Virus record (IMG/VR): IMGVR_UViG_3300042922_000286
Location: 1-64,000 of that record
Direction: 5' to 3' (one strand)
DNA from: a virus
Taxonomy: Duplodnaviria; Heunggongvirae; Uroviricota; Caudoviricetes
Length of the DNA: 64,000 bases
The translations under genes and the position numbers were made by a program. Position 1 is the first letter of the stretch. The number at the start of each line of letters is the position of its first letter. Below the pieces are notes generated by a model that did not search any database, had not been told where the DNA came from, and saw only the letters and a program-made list of their open reading frames with translations. Below, piece by piece: positions 1-8,990 of this stretch.

Positions 1-10
1 GGCGGGGGCC

Positions 11-52
11 AAAAGAAAGACGGATAGGGATTAATCCCCTCCGTCTTTTTTG
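11..52. terminator. Bidirectional hairpin terminator at the end of the lysis cassette. Stem AGACGGA..GGGATTAATCCC..TCCGTCT is followed by TTTTTT on plus and preceded by an A-run, which gives the U-tract for the minus transcript.
   Basis: Inverted repeat at 18-46 flanked by an A-run and a T-run. It overlaps the holin stop codon. Confidence 0.5.
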
Positions 53-234
53 TCTTTATTCGGATTGTGCTTGGTGAAGAAGAACGCCGTGATTGACCCG
101 AAAGCCCCGACCAGAGCTATCAAGATCATATTAATTAAGTCCTTATCCTTCATTACGTACGCACCAATCAACGCTCCCGACATTACGATTAATAATGCAA
201 ATGCGAAGATGTATTCGAATTTTACTTCCTTCAT
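31..234 (-). CDS. Putative holin, 67 aa with two predicted TM helices.
   Basis: Small protein with two hydrophobic helices and a charged C-terminus (KDKKDGGD), immediately downstream of the endolysin. Confidence 0.55.
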   Translation of the reverse strand: MKEVKFEYIFAFALLIVMSGALIGAYVMKDKDLINMILIALVGAFGSITAFFFTKHNPNKDKKDGGD

Positions 235-252
235 GGGGTTTCACCTCCCCTC

Positions 253-1020
253 TTATCTGAACCCGATTTTATCAGTCAATCGTTTCAGCATTGTCCAAAT
301 TTCCTGACGGCTCACAAGGCTTTCAGGCCGTTCTCCGTCCGAGATTCCATTTTTCTTTACGTAGTTCTGTCCTTCTGCCGCCCACTCTGCGACTTTCTGT
401 TCCTCGGGCGGCGTAGCAAGCACCACACGCCCGTTGTTCAGTACGCGGAATAGCTCAGATACGTTAGCGTTCAGGTCCGCTACCTGCTTTTGAAGCGCCG
501 CTACATCATCTTTAACTGCCATGTCTTCTTCATCCTCCTTCGGCAGATCGTACTGCGTTAGATTATAACTCTGCATGATGGAGTGCAGATTCGCTACATA
601 ACTCGGGTCAGTAGCATAGGCGTACCCGGGATATCCTGTATCAATCAAGAACCGGGCGGCATCCCAAGGATTATCGGTGTTACATGCCCTTTGGTACCAC
701 TTTTTCTTCAAGAACTCCGAGCGGTCAAGAATACTGTCGATATAGTTGTCGAACTTCTTGAACTTCGCTGTGATGTATACCTTCTGCCCGCCGTACACTT
801 CCCACGTCCTTGACTCCACGTAAGGCTCTCCTGCCGCCGCCTTACGTCCAAACAAGTTGTAGCTCTCTTCCCCTGTGTTAATGTCTTTTGGAGTGCTCAC
901 GCCCCATCCAGTCTCCCACGCAGCCTGTGCAATTGTCACAGAGGCAAACATCCCGACCTGTCTTTGCACTTCCTGCGCCCCGGGGGTCACCAACGCAATG
1001 AAGTCGGATTGCCTACTCAT
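253..1020 (-). CDS. Endolysin: GH73-type N-acetylglucosaminidase with a C-terminal SLH-like cell-wall-binding segment.
   Basis: AQAAWETGWG and YNLFG motifs typical of GH73/FlgJ glucosaminidase. The C-terminal NGISDGERPESLVSRQEIWTMLKRL resembles an SLH motif. Likely start is the ATG at 1020 with RBS GAAGGGAG; the ORF track extends to 1053. Confidence 0.7.
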   Translation of the reverse strand: MSRQSDFIALVTPGAQEVQRQVGMFASVTIAQAAWETGWGVSTPKDINTGEESYNLFGRKAAAGEPYVESRTWEVYGGQKVYITAKFKKFDNYIDSILDRSEFLKKKWYQRACNTDNPWDAARFLIDTGYPGYAYATDPSYVANLHSIMQSYNLTQYDLPKEDEEDMAVKDDVAALQKQVADLNANVSELFRVLNNGRVVLATPPEEQKVAEWAAEGQNYVKKNGISDGERPESLVSRQEIWTMLKRLTDKIGFR

Positions 1021-1053
1021 AACTACCACTCCCTTCAAAGTGTCCCATTTCAC

Positions 1054-1437
1054 TTACTGTCCCGGCTGTCTTAGAACCGATCTACGTTCACGCAGATGAG
1101 AAATCTCGTCACGCATTTCGTCAACCTTCGTTTGCAGGTTCTTGTTCTCGATTTCCAACCTAGCGTTTGTCGCGCTGAGAGCCGTAATTTCTTCTCTTAG
1201 CTCCGCGATCTCTTTTCTGCTTAACCGCAGTTCTTCCTTGGCTTCTCTGAGTTCAGCCCTAAGTTCGTCTATGAACTTGAACTGATCGGCAGATAGCTGC
1301 TGGCGGTCATCTTTCTTACGTGTCATTCGTGCAACAAAGTAAGCACCGATGCCTGATACCACGGCAGACAGTATCGGAGCAAGCGCCGTAGAGTTCAGCA
1401 ATCCTTGAATAATGTCACCCATTCTCTGTCCACCCAC
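1054..1437 (-). CDS. Membrane-anchored coiled-coil protein, possibly lysis-associated.
   Basis: N-terminal TM helix (ALAPILSAVVSGIGAYFVA) followed by a charged heptad-rich coiled coil. It is adjacent to the endolysin. The start may be the internal ATG at about 1422. Confidence 0.4.
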   Translation of the reverse strand: MGGQRMGDIIQGLLNSTALAPILSAVVSGIGAYFVARMTRKKDDRQQLSADQFKFIDELRAELREAKEELRLSRKEIAELREEITALSATNARLEIENKNLQTKVDEMRDEISHLRERRSVLRQPGQ

Positions 1438-1484
1438 CTTCGATATACGACCTACTTCTTCTAGGTTAGACTGTATTGCCCTAG

Positions 1485-1520
1485 AAACAACAAAAAAGAA
1501 CGCAGGTTAGACCTGCGCTC
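1485..1520 (-). terminator. Rho-independent terminator after gene 1507..1833.
   Basis: Hairpin CGCAGGT-TAG-ACCTGCG at 1501-1517 with an A-run at 1487-1498 on plus, which is the U-run on the minus transcript. Confidence 0.5.
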
Positions 1521-1833
1521 CTTTCAATGCATATATCGGATTGCCATTTAATTTTATCTCTAGGACTTCCTTTGTTTTTACGTACTCTCGACCAGACATG
1601 CTCGGCGGGTACATTATGAAATACCCTATATCTGTCAGGTACGGAACCTTAATTAGTTTCGTTGCCTTAGCCTGTGCTCTGCCCCGATCATCTACAATAC
1701 TGCTCACGTAGAATGTCCCATGTCTCTTAGTCACGCTGACCGTAGCGAAAGCAGTTACCACTTCCAGCTTGTCCTCCGAGTCTATGAACTCGATCAGGTT
1801 ATTTACTTCCCCAAGGGTTGTTGTGTCTACCAA
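1507..1833 (-). CDS. Hypothetical protein.
   Basis: ORF with coding-like composition; no recognisable motif. Confidence 0.35.
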   Translation of the reverse strand: MVDTTTLGEVNNLIEFIDSEDKLEVVTAFATVSVTKRHGTFYVSSIVDDRGRAQAKATKLIKVPYLTDIGYFIMYPPSMSGREYVKTKEVLEIKLNGNPIYALKGAQV

Positions 1834-2685
1834 TTACTCTGCCTCCTTAGCTATCAAGTCCATATCCTTCAGCAACGTCGCCACTTTCTTGACGATGCGG
1901 CTAACTCGCATTTGAGAGATGCTCTCTTTGTTAGCTGTCTGAGTTTGGCTGAAACCGTCGATTCGATGGCGCAGAACGGATACTTCCTTGTCCGTTAGCT
2001 TATCACGTATGCTATCAATAATCGAATCTACTAGCACCTTGTCTACAACATCAGCTTCAAGCTCTGCTCCATCAACTATTAAATCTAGCGATGTTATAGG
2101 AACTGTAGATGCGCCTAAGTTATTCCGAGGCGAACTGACTGGTTCGTCTAAATACTTTACAGTCTTGCCGATCTGTAAAGCCTTCTTGACCCGTTCTTCT
2201 TGCTCGTCAAGCATGATGGATATGTCGTCAATAGAAGGCAGGTAACCAAGTTCGGCCTCCAAGCGACCTATACGATTTATAAGTTCATTAGCTGTGCGTG
2301 TAGGGCGAATAATATTTGCGCTGTCCCGTAGGTAGCACTTGATCTCTCGCACAATGGCTGTGACCGCGAACGACGAAAACTTTGTGCCGTAGTTCAGGTC
2401 GAACGCCATGATAGCCTTGAAGAATCCAAGCCTACCTAGTTGGAGAATATCGTCCTTGTCGACGCGATAGTTCGAGGACAGAGTTTCAGGCTTACCTACG
2501 TACTTATGTACGGAGTGCCAGATCAAATCCTCATTAGCGACCATTACCTCCCCAAGATAGCTTGAGTCCCCTTTGCACCTTAGGATATTATCCATATCGT
2601 ACAGTGAGTAGTACTTCTTATTATCTTGTAGGTTCTCTTGGATGAACGCAGGGTACTTACTCATGTATCCCATCCTTCCATACAA
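1834..2685 (-). CDS. Phage-encoded sigma-70 family sigma factor, similar to sporulation sigma factors SigF/SigG/SigB.
   Basis: Region 2 motifs (DLIWHSVHKYV, GRLGFFKAIMAFD, FSSFAVTAIVREI), region 3 and a region 4 HTH (ISQMRVSRIVKKV). Confidence 0.75.
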   Translation of the reverse strand: MYGRMGYMSKYPAFIQENLQDNKKYYSLYDMDNILRCKGDSSYLGEVMVANEDLIWHSVHKYVGKPETLSSNYRVDKDDILQLGRLGFFKAIMAFDLNYGTKFSSFAVTAIVREIKCYLRDSANIIRPTRTANELINRIGRLEAELGYLPSIDDISIMLDEQEERVKKALQIGKTVKYLDEPVSSPRNNLGASTVPITSLDLIVDGAELEADVVDKVLVDSIIDSIRDKLTDKEVSVLRHRIDGFSQTQTANKESISQMRVSRIVKKVATLLKDMDLIAKEAE

Positions 2686-2686
2686 A

Positions 2687-2726
2687 GAGGCGGGGATTGC
2701 AGTGAACCCCCGCCCTTCGTTTTTTT
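2687..2726. terminator. Hairpin GGCGGGG-N12-CCCCGCC followed by TTCGTTTTTTT on plus; bidirectional or plus-oriented terminator between the HU and sigma genes.
   Basis: 7-bp GC stem at 2689-2695 and 2708-2714, T-run at 2716-2726, with an A-rich 5' side on the minus strand. Confidence 0.4.
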
Positions 2727-3024
2727 ACTTCCCACGGTATTTATCTTTCATCGGCTTGGTTGGCTTTGTTACAATCGTCTTGGTGGCCGGGATAATAATA
2801 TCCTCTTTAGTCTGTGGATTCTTACCGTTCTTGGCCTTACGAAACTTAACGTGGTAATTGAAGAATCCAGCCAACTTAACTGCATCCCCGTCGCCCATCT
2901 CAGCGAGTTCATCACCAATGATGCCGAAGATTGCTTTGATCCGCTTCTCGGCCTCTACGCCTGTAATGTTTTCCTTTTCCTTGTATACGTTGATTAGGTC
3001 TGTCATATAGAAGTTACGTGCCAT
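2725..3024 (-). CDS. hup: HU/IHF-family histone-like DNA-binding protein.
   Basis: Length of about 99 aa with IIGDELAEMGDGDAVKLAGFFNY...RKAKNGKNPQT, a pattern typical of HU beta-arms. Confidence 0.8.
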   Translation of the reverse strand: MARNFYMTDLINVYKEKENITGVEAEKRIKAIFGIIGDELAEMGDGDAVKLAGFFNYHVKFRKAKNGKNPQTKEDIIIPATKTIVTKPTKPMKDKYRGK

Positions 3025-3081
3025 CGTGCTATTCCTCCCTTGAGTGTAGGTATAATAGGCATAAATGCCCTACGTACCTAG

Positions 3082-3783
3082 TTATAGACCGTTTTGAGTA
3101 TTTATTAACGATTCTACCTTATCGTAATGCTTTTTGACCTTCAAGTAATATTTGGTCGTATATTTTCCTTTGTTTACGTTAGTGACACCTTGGTTGTAAG
3201 CGATAATCGCCTTCTGTAGATCACCAGCATACCCCTCTCTCAATTGTGCTAAGTACTGAACCCCCAACATAATGTTCGTCTCAGGGTCGTACAATTCCGA
3301 CTTACTGACTCCAAAAACATCTTTGGCGGTGGATGGCATCAGTTGCATAAGCCCTATTGCGCCGTGAGATGATACCACCCTTTCGTCAAAGGAGCTTTCT
3401 TGGAACATCATAGCGAACACCCAAAGCGGTTCAATACCATACTCAACTGACAGGGGATTCACAATGGCTAAGTATTCTCTTACCTTTGCGTCAGACAGGC
3501 TACCGTCTAAGGCTTTTACTGCCGCGACCAATTCTTCTTCCGAAGGGTCACAGTTTTGAGGGGTTTCGTTTACGATTTCCTCAACGGGCGCAAGGGCGGG
3601 AGTTGGCGCACTCAACATAACCACCTGCTTAGGTTGTAGTACATCTTGGACTACACGGCTCTCTTGAACTGGTGAAAATTCGGGCTGTGTCACAACGGTA
3701 AAACTAAGCGCTGTGGCGCTGCTTGGAGCAGCCATTATCCACAGCGCGAGGATTAACTTACTTCCCGTCCAGACTAACTTCAA
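3082..3783 (-). CDS. Secreted lytic transglycosylase (SLT/GH23 domain) with a signal peptide.
   Basis: N-terminal signal peptide (LILALWIMAAPSSATA) and an SLT core (MMFQESSFDERVVSSHGAIGLMQLMPSTAKD...YNQG). Confidence 0.75.
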   Translation of the reverse strand: MKLVWTGSKLILALWIMAAPSSATALSFTVVTQPEFSPVQESRVVQDVLQPKQVVMLSAPTPALAPVEEIVNETPQNCDPSEEELVAAVKALDGSLSDAKVREYLAIVNPLSVEYGIEPLWVFAMMFQESSFDERVVSSHGAIGLMQLMPSTAKDVFGVSKSELYDPETNIMLGVQYLAQLREGYAGDLQKAIIAYNQGVTNVNKGKYTTKYYLKVKKHYDKVESLINTQNGL

Positions 3784-4417
3784 GGCTGTCCTCGGGAACG
3801 TGATCCACCAGTTCAGGCGTGAGAAACGCCAACTTAACGTGCGCCATTACTTCGTTGTGGATGTCTTCGACATCCTGTGTACCGCCGATGGAGACTGCCA
3901 GCTCGTCAGAAGCGATCAGTTCGTCCATGAGATACTTGTAGTGCTTCCGAGTATTAAACAGAAGCTCGGAGTTGGTTTCGTGCTTATCCCGACGATCAGG
4001 GCGCCGTAGGAAGGACTCACCTGATGGAATGTCAAGGAAGAATGTTATGTTTGCCTTCGGCAGGAACGTCTGTACTTGTTCACACAGAGTTGTATCCAAC
4101 TCTTTCGCCCGCATGAATGCTAGGTTCGATAACGTCCAACGATCGAATACGATAAAGTCAAGATCGTCAAATGGCGAGCTATCGTGGATGAAGTCCACAC
4201 GATCAACTTCCATAAGCAAGTGAAGTGCTGCATCCGTCAGTTCGTGCTCTTTCTCTGTGAGGGCTTTCTTGATCCAAGCCCCCACAGTCGAATCGTACCG
4301 AGGGAAGTCCTGTAACCATACTTTGTGTCCCATTTTTCTTAGGGATTGCGCCAAAAGCTTCGACTGTGTATTTTTACCACTTCCATCGATTCCTTCAAAC
4401 GCTATCATTATGGGCAT
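3758..4417 (-). CDS. tmk: Thymidylate (dNMP) kinase.
   Basis: P-loop AFEGIDGSGKNTQ and a DRW(Y) motif. Start chosen at the internal ATG at 4417 with RBS AAAGGGGGAAG; the ORF track extends to 4489. Confidence 0.7.
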   Translation of the reverse strand: MPIMIAFEGIDGSGKNTQSKLLAQSLRKMGHKVWLQDFPRYDSTVGAWIKKALTEKEHELTDAALHLLMEVDRVDFIHDSSPFDDLDFIVFDRWTLSNLAFMRAKELDTTLCEQVQTFLPKANITFFLDIPSGESFLRRPDRRDKHETNSELLFNTRKHYKYLMDELIASDELAVSIGGTQDVEDIHNEVMAHVKLAFLTPELVDHVPEDSLEVSLDGK

Positions 4418-4503
4418 ATTCTTCCCCCTTTTTCCCCAATCCCTGAGGTGTTTCTTTTCGAGTTGTGCGTAGTCGTCAGTTTCGTTCATCTGTCCTATTC
4501 TCC

Positions 4504-4845
4504 TTACTTGACAAATTCGTTGAGTCGGGCGCTGACGGCATCGTTCATCTTGATCTCGTCGATGGCCGCTTGCTTGTTCTTCTCAATCTCGGCCAGCCGC
4601 AACTCGAAGTTCCGTTTCAGGATTTCGATTTCATCATCGGACCTAGACACCAAGTCTGCGAGGTCGGTGTTGATAGCACCAAGGTCGTTCTTGATCTTAG
4701 CGAAGGACTCAAGCAGCCCACTAGCTTTTACCCGCGCCAGCTCCACTTTTGCAAAGTCATCAAGTTCCTCGATGATTTCCTTGGCCAAGCGTAACCAAAC
4801 TAACGCTTTGCGTATAATAGCCCACAGCTTTTTCAATTGTCCCAT
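4504..4845 (-). CDS. Hypothetical coiled-coil protein.
   Basis: ORF in operon context; no recognisable motif. Confidence 0.35.
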   Translation of the reverse strand: MGQLKKLWAIIRKALVWLRLAKEIIEELDDFAKVELARVKASGLLESFAKIKNDLGAINTDLADLVSRSDDEIEILKRNFELRLAEIEKNKQAAIDEIKMNDAVSARLNEFVK

Positions 4846-4850
4846 CCCCC

Positions 4851-5282
4851 TTAATTAGTTCCTGTATGCCCGAAGCCGCCTTGCCCGCGCTCCGTATCAT
4901 CCAGATCGTCTACAATTTCGAATTCTGCGCGTTCAACTGCCGCGATCACGCCCTGTGCAATACGCTCACCTTTAAACACTCGGAAGAACTCGCCGCCGAT
5001 GTTGTCTACGATGACCTTGATTTCACCACGGAAGTCGCTGTCAATAGTACCGGGGGCGTTCGCTACACGAATCTTTGTCTTGAAGGACATTCCCGAGCGT
5101 GGTCGAATCTGCATTTCATAACCTACAGGGATTGCTACTGCGATACCTAGAGGGATTAGTACAGTCTCTCCCGCAGGTACGTCTACAGGCTCGGCGGCGT
5201 AAAGGTCAAAACCTGCCGCCCCTTCCGTCATGTGCCGAGGAACTACAGCGTCAGCGTGAAGTTTCTTGAAGGGAATCCGCAT
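4851..5282 (-). CDS. dut: dUTP diphosphatase (dUTPase).
   Basis: All five dUTPase motifs are present (AGFDL, RPRSG, GTIDSDFRGE, RIAQ, GGFGHTG). Confidence 0.85.
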   Translation of the reverse strand: MRIPFKKLHADAVVPRHMTEGAAGFDLYAAEPVDVPAGETVLIPLGIAVAIPVGYEMQIRPRSGMSFKTKIRVANAPGTIDSDFRGEIKVIVDNIGGEFFRVFKGERIAQGVIAAVERAEFEIVDDLDDTERGQGGFGHTGTN

Positions 5283-5719
5283 TAAAAGTCCCTTCCCGGC
5301 ACCAGCAGCTTCTTCTTTTCCTCGAAGAGGATAATGTTGCTCGGCTCTTTCGACTCTTCCTCGATGGCCTGATTCGCGTTAGACGCAGCCACCATTTCAA
5401 TGAACTCTTCTTCCGTCAACGTCCGCAGTTCGAGCTTGTCACGTGATAGCATGTATGCAGTACCCTCGGACAACATCAGCATGTAAGTGACCTCAGGCTC
5501 ATCCATGAACTCATCGTTCACGTAATCGAAGTGCATTTCGGTCTTCTGGAACCCTACACACAGGCCCGCGAACCATACATTGTGAACCTCGGCTGTCTGC
5601 TCGACGGGGTGAACTAATTCAAGCTCATTGGTCGGCGCGTGTACGTAATGACCAACCAACCCTCGCAGCATTTCTTCGGTAAGTTCTTGATCGACGGTCT
5701 TGACTAATGCATTACTCAC
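5282..5719 (-). CDS. Hypothetical protein; first gene after promoter element copy 1.
   Basis: ORF with a GTG start at 5719, 31 nt downstream of the conserved core. Confidence 0.4.
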   Translation of the reverse strand: MSNALVKTVDQELTEEMLRGLVGHYVHAPTNELELVHPVEQTAEVHNVWFAGLCVGFQKTEMHFDYVNDEFMDEPEVTYMLMLSEGTAYMLSRDKLELRTLTEEEFIEMVAASNANQAIEEESKEPSNIILFEEKKKLLVPGRDF

Positions 5720-5750
5720 TTATTCCTCATCCTCTCATGTGCGTTTTCCT

Positions 5751-5793
5751 CTTACAATGAACCTATACGGCAGGTACTACCGTTAGTTTAGGG
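5751..5793 (-). promoter_or_regulatory. Conserved bipartite promoter-like element, copy 1 (transcribed strand: CCCTAAACT-N15-CGTATAGGTTCATTGTAAG).
   Basis: Core on plus at 5751-5769 and box AGTTTAG at 5785-5791, with an exact 15-nt spacer. The spacer contains GGTAGTACC. Confidence 0.5.
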
Positions 5794-5799
5794 CTGTAA

Positions 5800-5831
5800 T
5801 GAAAAAGTTCCCGAGAGGATATCCCGGGAAC
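5800..5831 (-). terminator. Terminator after nrdF (hairpin GTTCCCG..CGGGAAC).
   Basis: 7-bp stem at 5807-5813 and 5825-5831 around a palindromic loop, with AAAAA at 5801-5805 giving the U-run on the minus transcript. Confidence 0.5.
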
Positions 5832-5836
5832 ATTAC

Positions 5837-6865
5837 TTATACTGCTATGTCTCCAAACACATCAATGATCTCATGCTGGAAGTGCTCATCCCTGATCTTC
5901 TCCACGTTGAGTGCGAGAACATACCCGTTGCCCCGCACCGAGAAGAAGTCATGGTTGACCGTAACAGTATCAATACCGTTCAGCACAATCGGGTTAATGT
6001 CCCTGTCCGTTATGTTGAACTTTGGTTCCAACCCGAGATTGGCCAAAGCTTTATCCGCGTTGTATTTGAGGAATGTGATTACCTCATCCACCAGCTCTAC
6101 CTCAGCGTACAAATCGTGGGTATAAGTTAGCTCATTTTGGTGCAGACTGTTAAGGAGGGAGTACACATCCCTCTTTGTATCCTCCTTCTCTTCGTCAGGG
6201 ATTTTAGCAAAGGCTTCTTGTGCGTACATACCCACCAGAAGGCCGTGAATGCTTTCATCCCTGATAATTAGCCCAATGACTTCGCCAGAGGCCGTCATTT
6301 GCCCTTGACCTGCCAGATAGAGAGGATAGAAGAATCCACTATAAAACAGGTAGCTTTCCAGCAGCACAGATGCAGCCAGCGCCATATAATACTCGCGCGG
6401 GGTGAGTACGCCTAGCACGTAGCTCATCAACGCACGTCTATAATAGATGTCGATGATTTCCGTTTTACGTTGTAGGTTCGGTTGGCGGTCGCCCCATGTA
6501 AATACTTCGTTGATCTCTTCCTGTGTAAGCAGGGTGGTGAAGATGGAGCTATACGACTTGGCGTGAACCGCCTCCATAGCCCCCATGAAGTTCAACACAG
6601 CTTTGCGCTGCTCTCCCTCGGTCATGAGGGAGATAACAGGCATACCAGTGTTCGTCTGCTTCGTATCCAGCCCTGTGAGGCCCACAAGAACCCGGGAGTA
6701 TACTCTACGTTGGGCAGGCTGTAGATTGTGCCATACGATCAAATCATCGCTCACAGGGAAGTCCTTATCCAGCCAAAACTGGGCCACATTCTGATCCCAA
6801 AACTCCTGAGTATAGTCGTCCTCGGGTCTATTCCAGTTTACTGCTTTGTATTGTGTTTGCTCCAT
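5837..6865 (-). CDS. nrdF: Ribonucleotide reductase class Ib small (beta) subunit.
   Basis: Ferritin-like di-iron motifs (RDESIHG; FYSGFFYPLYL). Confidence 0.85.
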   Translation of the reverse strand: MEQTQYKAVNWNRPEDDYTQEFWDQNVAQFWLDKDFPVSDDLIVWHNLQPAQRRVYSRVLVGLTGLDTKQTNTGMPVISLMTEGEQRKAVLNFMGAMEAVHAKSYSSIFTTLLTQEEINEVFTWGDRQPNLQRKTEIIDIYYRRALMSYVLGVLTPREYYMALAASVLLESYLFYSGFFYPLYLAGQGQMTASGEVIGLIIRDESIHGLLVGMYAQEAFAKIPDEEKEDTKRDVYSLLNSLHQNELTYTHDLYAEVELVDEVITFLKYNADKALANLGLEPKFNITDRDINPIVLNGIDTVTVNHDFFSVRGNGYVLALNVEKIRDEHFQHEIIDVFGDIAV

Positions 6866-6881
6866 GTGATTAAATTCCCCC

Positions 6882-8990
6882 TTATACCGCGCAAGCTACG
6901 CATTCTGTGCTTTCCTCACCGACCGGTGCCTTAACGTCCTTTTTCTTCACTCGGGTGTAGTATAGCGATCTTAAGCCCTTTTGAGCGGCGTAGATATAAT
7001 AACTAGCCAACTTCGCGGTAGAGATGTCCTGCTGCACGAATAGAACCGTGCTGATGCCTTGATCGATATGCTCTTGAATGACCGCCACCATATCAATGAC
7101 CTTCTTCATGTCAGTGTTGTATGCCGACTTGAAGAACCACTGATTATCCGCGCAAAGATGTGGGGCAGGGTAGAAGGTCTTACTGTTCGCGTACGTACGA
7201 GTCTCAATTAGATCGACCAGCGGAAGTACGGAACTAGTCGCGTTCTGAACATAGCTGATGGATTGAGTGGGGGCGATAGCAAGGCGATAAGCATGGTACA
7301 GACCGTACTGCATAACATCGTAGGACAGAGCTTTCCAGTCGGCAGGGGTAGGGATGTAAATTCCCTCGAACAGCGCCTTTACCTTATCCGACTTAGGGTA
7401 GTAGTTATTTACAAGATACTTCTGGAAGTACGAACCGTCCGCATAGTCCGACTGATTGAAGTCCTTGAATGTTTCTTTCATGGTTATTGCGAGCTGCATG
7501 GACCGCTCAATTGAGTAATAATTCATCATCATGAAGAATGTACGGGCAAAGTCGAGGGCTTCGAACGACTCATACATAATTTTGTTCTTGGCAAGGTAGC
7601 CATGCAAATCCATAGCACCTAAGCCAATGGAGTGCAGTTCTTCATTTGCCTTTCTCACGCCCGGGGCATTGTTGATGCTTGTTTCAGCGGATACTACAGT
7701 CAGAGCATCCACACCTTCATGTACCGATTCCCGAATCTTTTTAGATTCCATGACATTCGTGATATTAAGGGAGCCGAGGTTACATGAGATATCCCGTTTG
7801 ATGATATCCTCGACGGTGTAGTCGTTAATAACCGATACCTCTTGAAGCTGCATTATCTCGGTGCAGAGGTTAGACATAAGCACCCGCCCGATACGATTCA
7901 ACGCATGCTTCTTGTTAGCGTTCGTGATGTTGAAGATGTACGGATAGCCCGACTGCATCTGAGTCTGTGCGATCTTGTTTAAGAAGTCGCGGGCGTTCAT
8001 GATAAGCTCCTTACGGATGCGAGGGTCATTAAGCAACGCATCATACATCGTATCGAAGTCAATGTCGGTCATTCTCAGGCCGTAGTGTTTTTGAATATCG
8101 TACGGGCTGAAACCGTAGAAGTCTTGATCAGCCTCGGCTATTTCGTAGAACTTCTGTGGAACTGTAAGGCCGATAGACAGTTGCTTCAAACGAATGTTAT
8201 CGTCAGCGTTGACCTTCTTCGTATCAAGCAGCCGCCCTGCGTCAATGTGGAAGATGGTCACGTAGGACGCCCCTGCGCCCTTACGCTGGCCTCCCTGATC
8301 GTAGTAGCTGAACTTCTGCTCCATCTGCTTGGCAACGCCTACGATGCCCTTAGCAGCGTTTTCCAGCCCCTTAATAGGGTCGGATAGAGCACGGAGGTTG
8401 GATAGATCGCAAGCCACCCCGCCACCGATACGGCTCAGTTGCGCCATACATGCGAGGTTATATTCGATGGAATTTGTAGTGTCGTCCATAGTCAGTAGGA
8501 AACATGAAACCATTTCTCCACGGCGAGAGCGTCCCGCGTTGAGGTAGGTAGGGGTTGCTGGTTGGTATCGCTGCTCCATCAAGGACCGAACCAGTCTCTC
8601 TGCCTTCTTCAGCCTACCTTTGCCCAAGTGAAGCGCGACAATGGCATTGTGTTCAGCAAAGCTTTCAAGGTAGGTTTTCTTATCGTTCGATTTCAGGCCG
8701 TAGTCCGTATAGAACTTGTAGGCTTGCATGAAGGACTTGAACTTGAAGTCGTAGCTATATGCGATAAGATGGATATATTCAACCTGATCTTCGGTGTATT
8801 TCTGGTGCACGTCCTCGTAGAAGTCATTCTCAACCATCCACTTGATACGCTCAGTGATATTGTTGAATTTCATTGAGCGACTTTCTACTTCCTTCATAAA
8901 CTCCACTACGGCCTCACGGTCTTTGTCCAGTTGGAAGAAGCCATCCTCTCCGCGTTGAGTAACCATGTTGTTAAGCTCGATATACTTCAA
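6882..8990 (-). CDS. nrdE: Ribonucleotide reductase class Ib large (alpha) subunit.
   Basis: 702 aa with the NLCTEIMQ active-site motif and C-terminal cysteines (ECVACAV). Confidence 0.85.
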   Translation of the reverse strand: MKYIELNNMVTQRGEDGFFQLDKDREAVVEFMKEVESRSMKFNNITERIKWMVENDFYEDVHQKYTEDQVEYIHLIAYSYDFKFKSFMQAYKFYTDYGLKSNDKKTYLESFAEHNAIVALHLGKGRLKKAERLVRSLMEQRYQPATPTYLNAGRSRRGEMVSCFLLTMDDTTNSIEYNLACMAQLSRIGGGVACDLSNLRALSDPIKGLENAAKGIVGVAKQMEQKFSYYDQGGQRKGAGASYVTIFHIDAGRLLDTKKVNADDNIRLKQLSIGLTVPQKFYEIAEADQDFYGFSPYDIQKHYGLRMTDIDFDTMYDALLNDPRIRKELIMNARDFLNKIAQTQMQSGYPYIFNITNANKKHALNRIGRVLMSNLCTEIMQLQEVSVINDYTVEDIIKRDISCNLGSLNITNVMESKKIRESVHEGVDALTVVSAETSINNAPGVRKANEELHSIGLGAMDLHGYLAKNKIMYESFEALDFARTFFMMMNYYSIERSMQLAITMKETFKDFNQSDYADGSYFQKYLVNNYYPKSDKVKALFEGIYIPTPADWKALSYDVMQYGLYHAYRLAIAPTQSISYVQNATSSVLPLVDLIETRTYANSKTFYPAPHLCADNQWFFKSAYNTDMKKVIDMVAVIQEHIDQGISTVLFVQQDISTAKLASYYIYAAQKGLRSLYYTRVKKKDVKAPVGEESTECVACAV

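Noticed and set aside
50-307. Plus-strand ORF of 85 aa overlapping the holin and endolysin genes.
   Set aside because: It is antisense to two well-supported minus-strand genes and has no RBS. It is typical of spurious antisense frames.
1438-1480. Seventh copy of the bipartite promoter element upstream of gene 1054..1437 (CTAACCT-N13-CGTATATCG).
   Set aside because: Only the CGTATA hexamer and a weak box are present, with the wrong spacing and no extended core. It is noted only as a possible degenerate relative.
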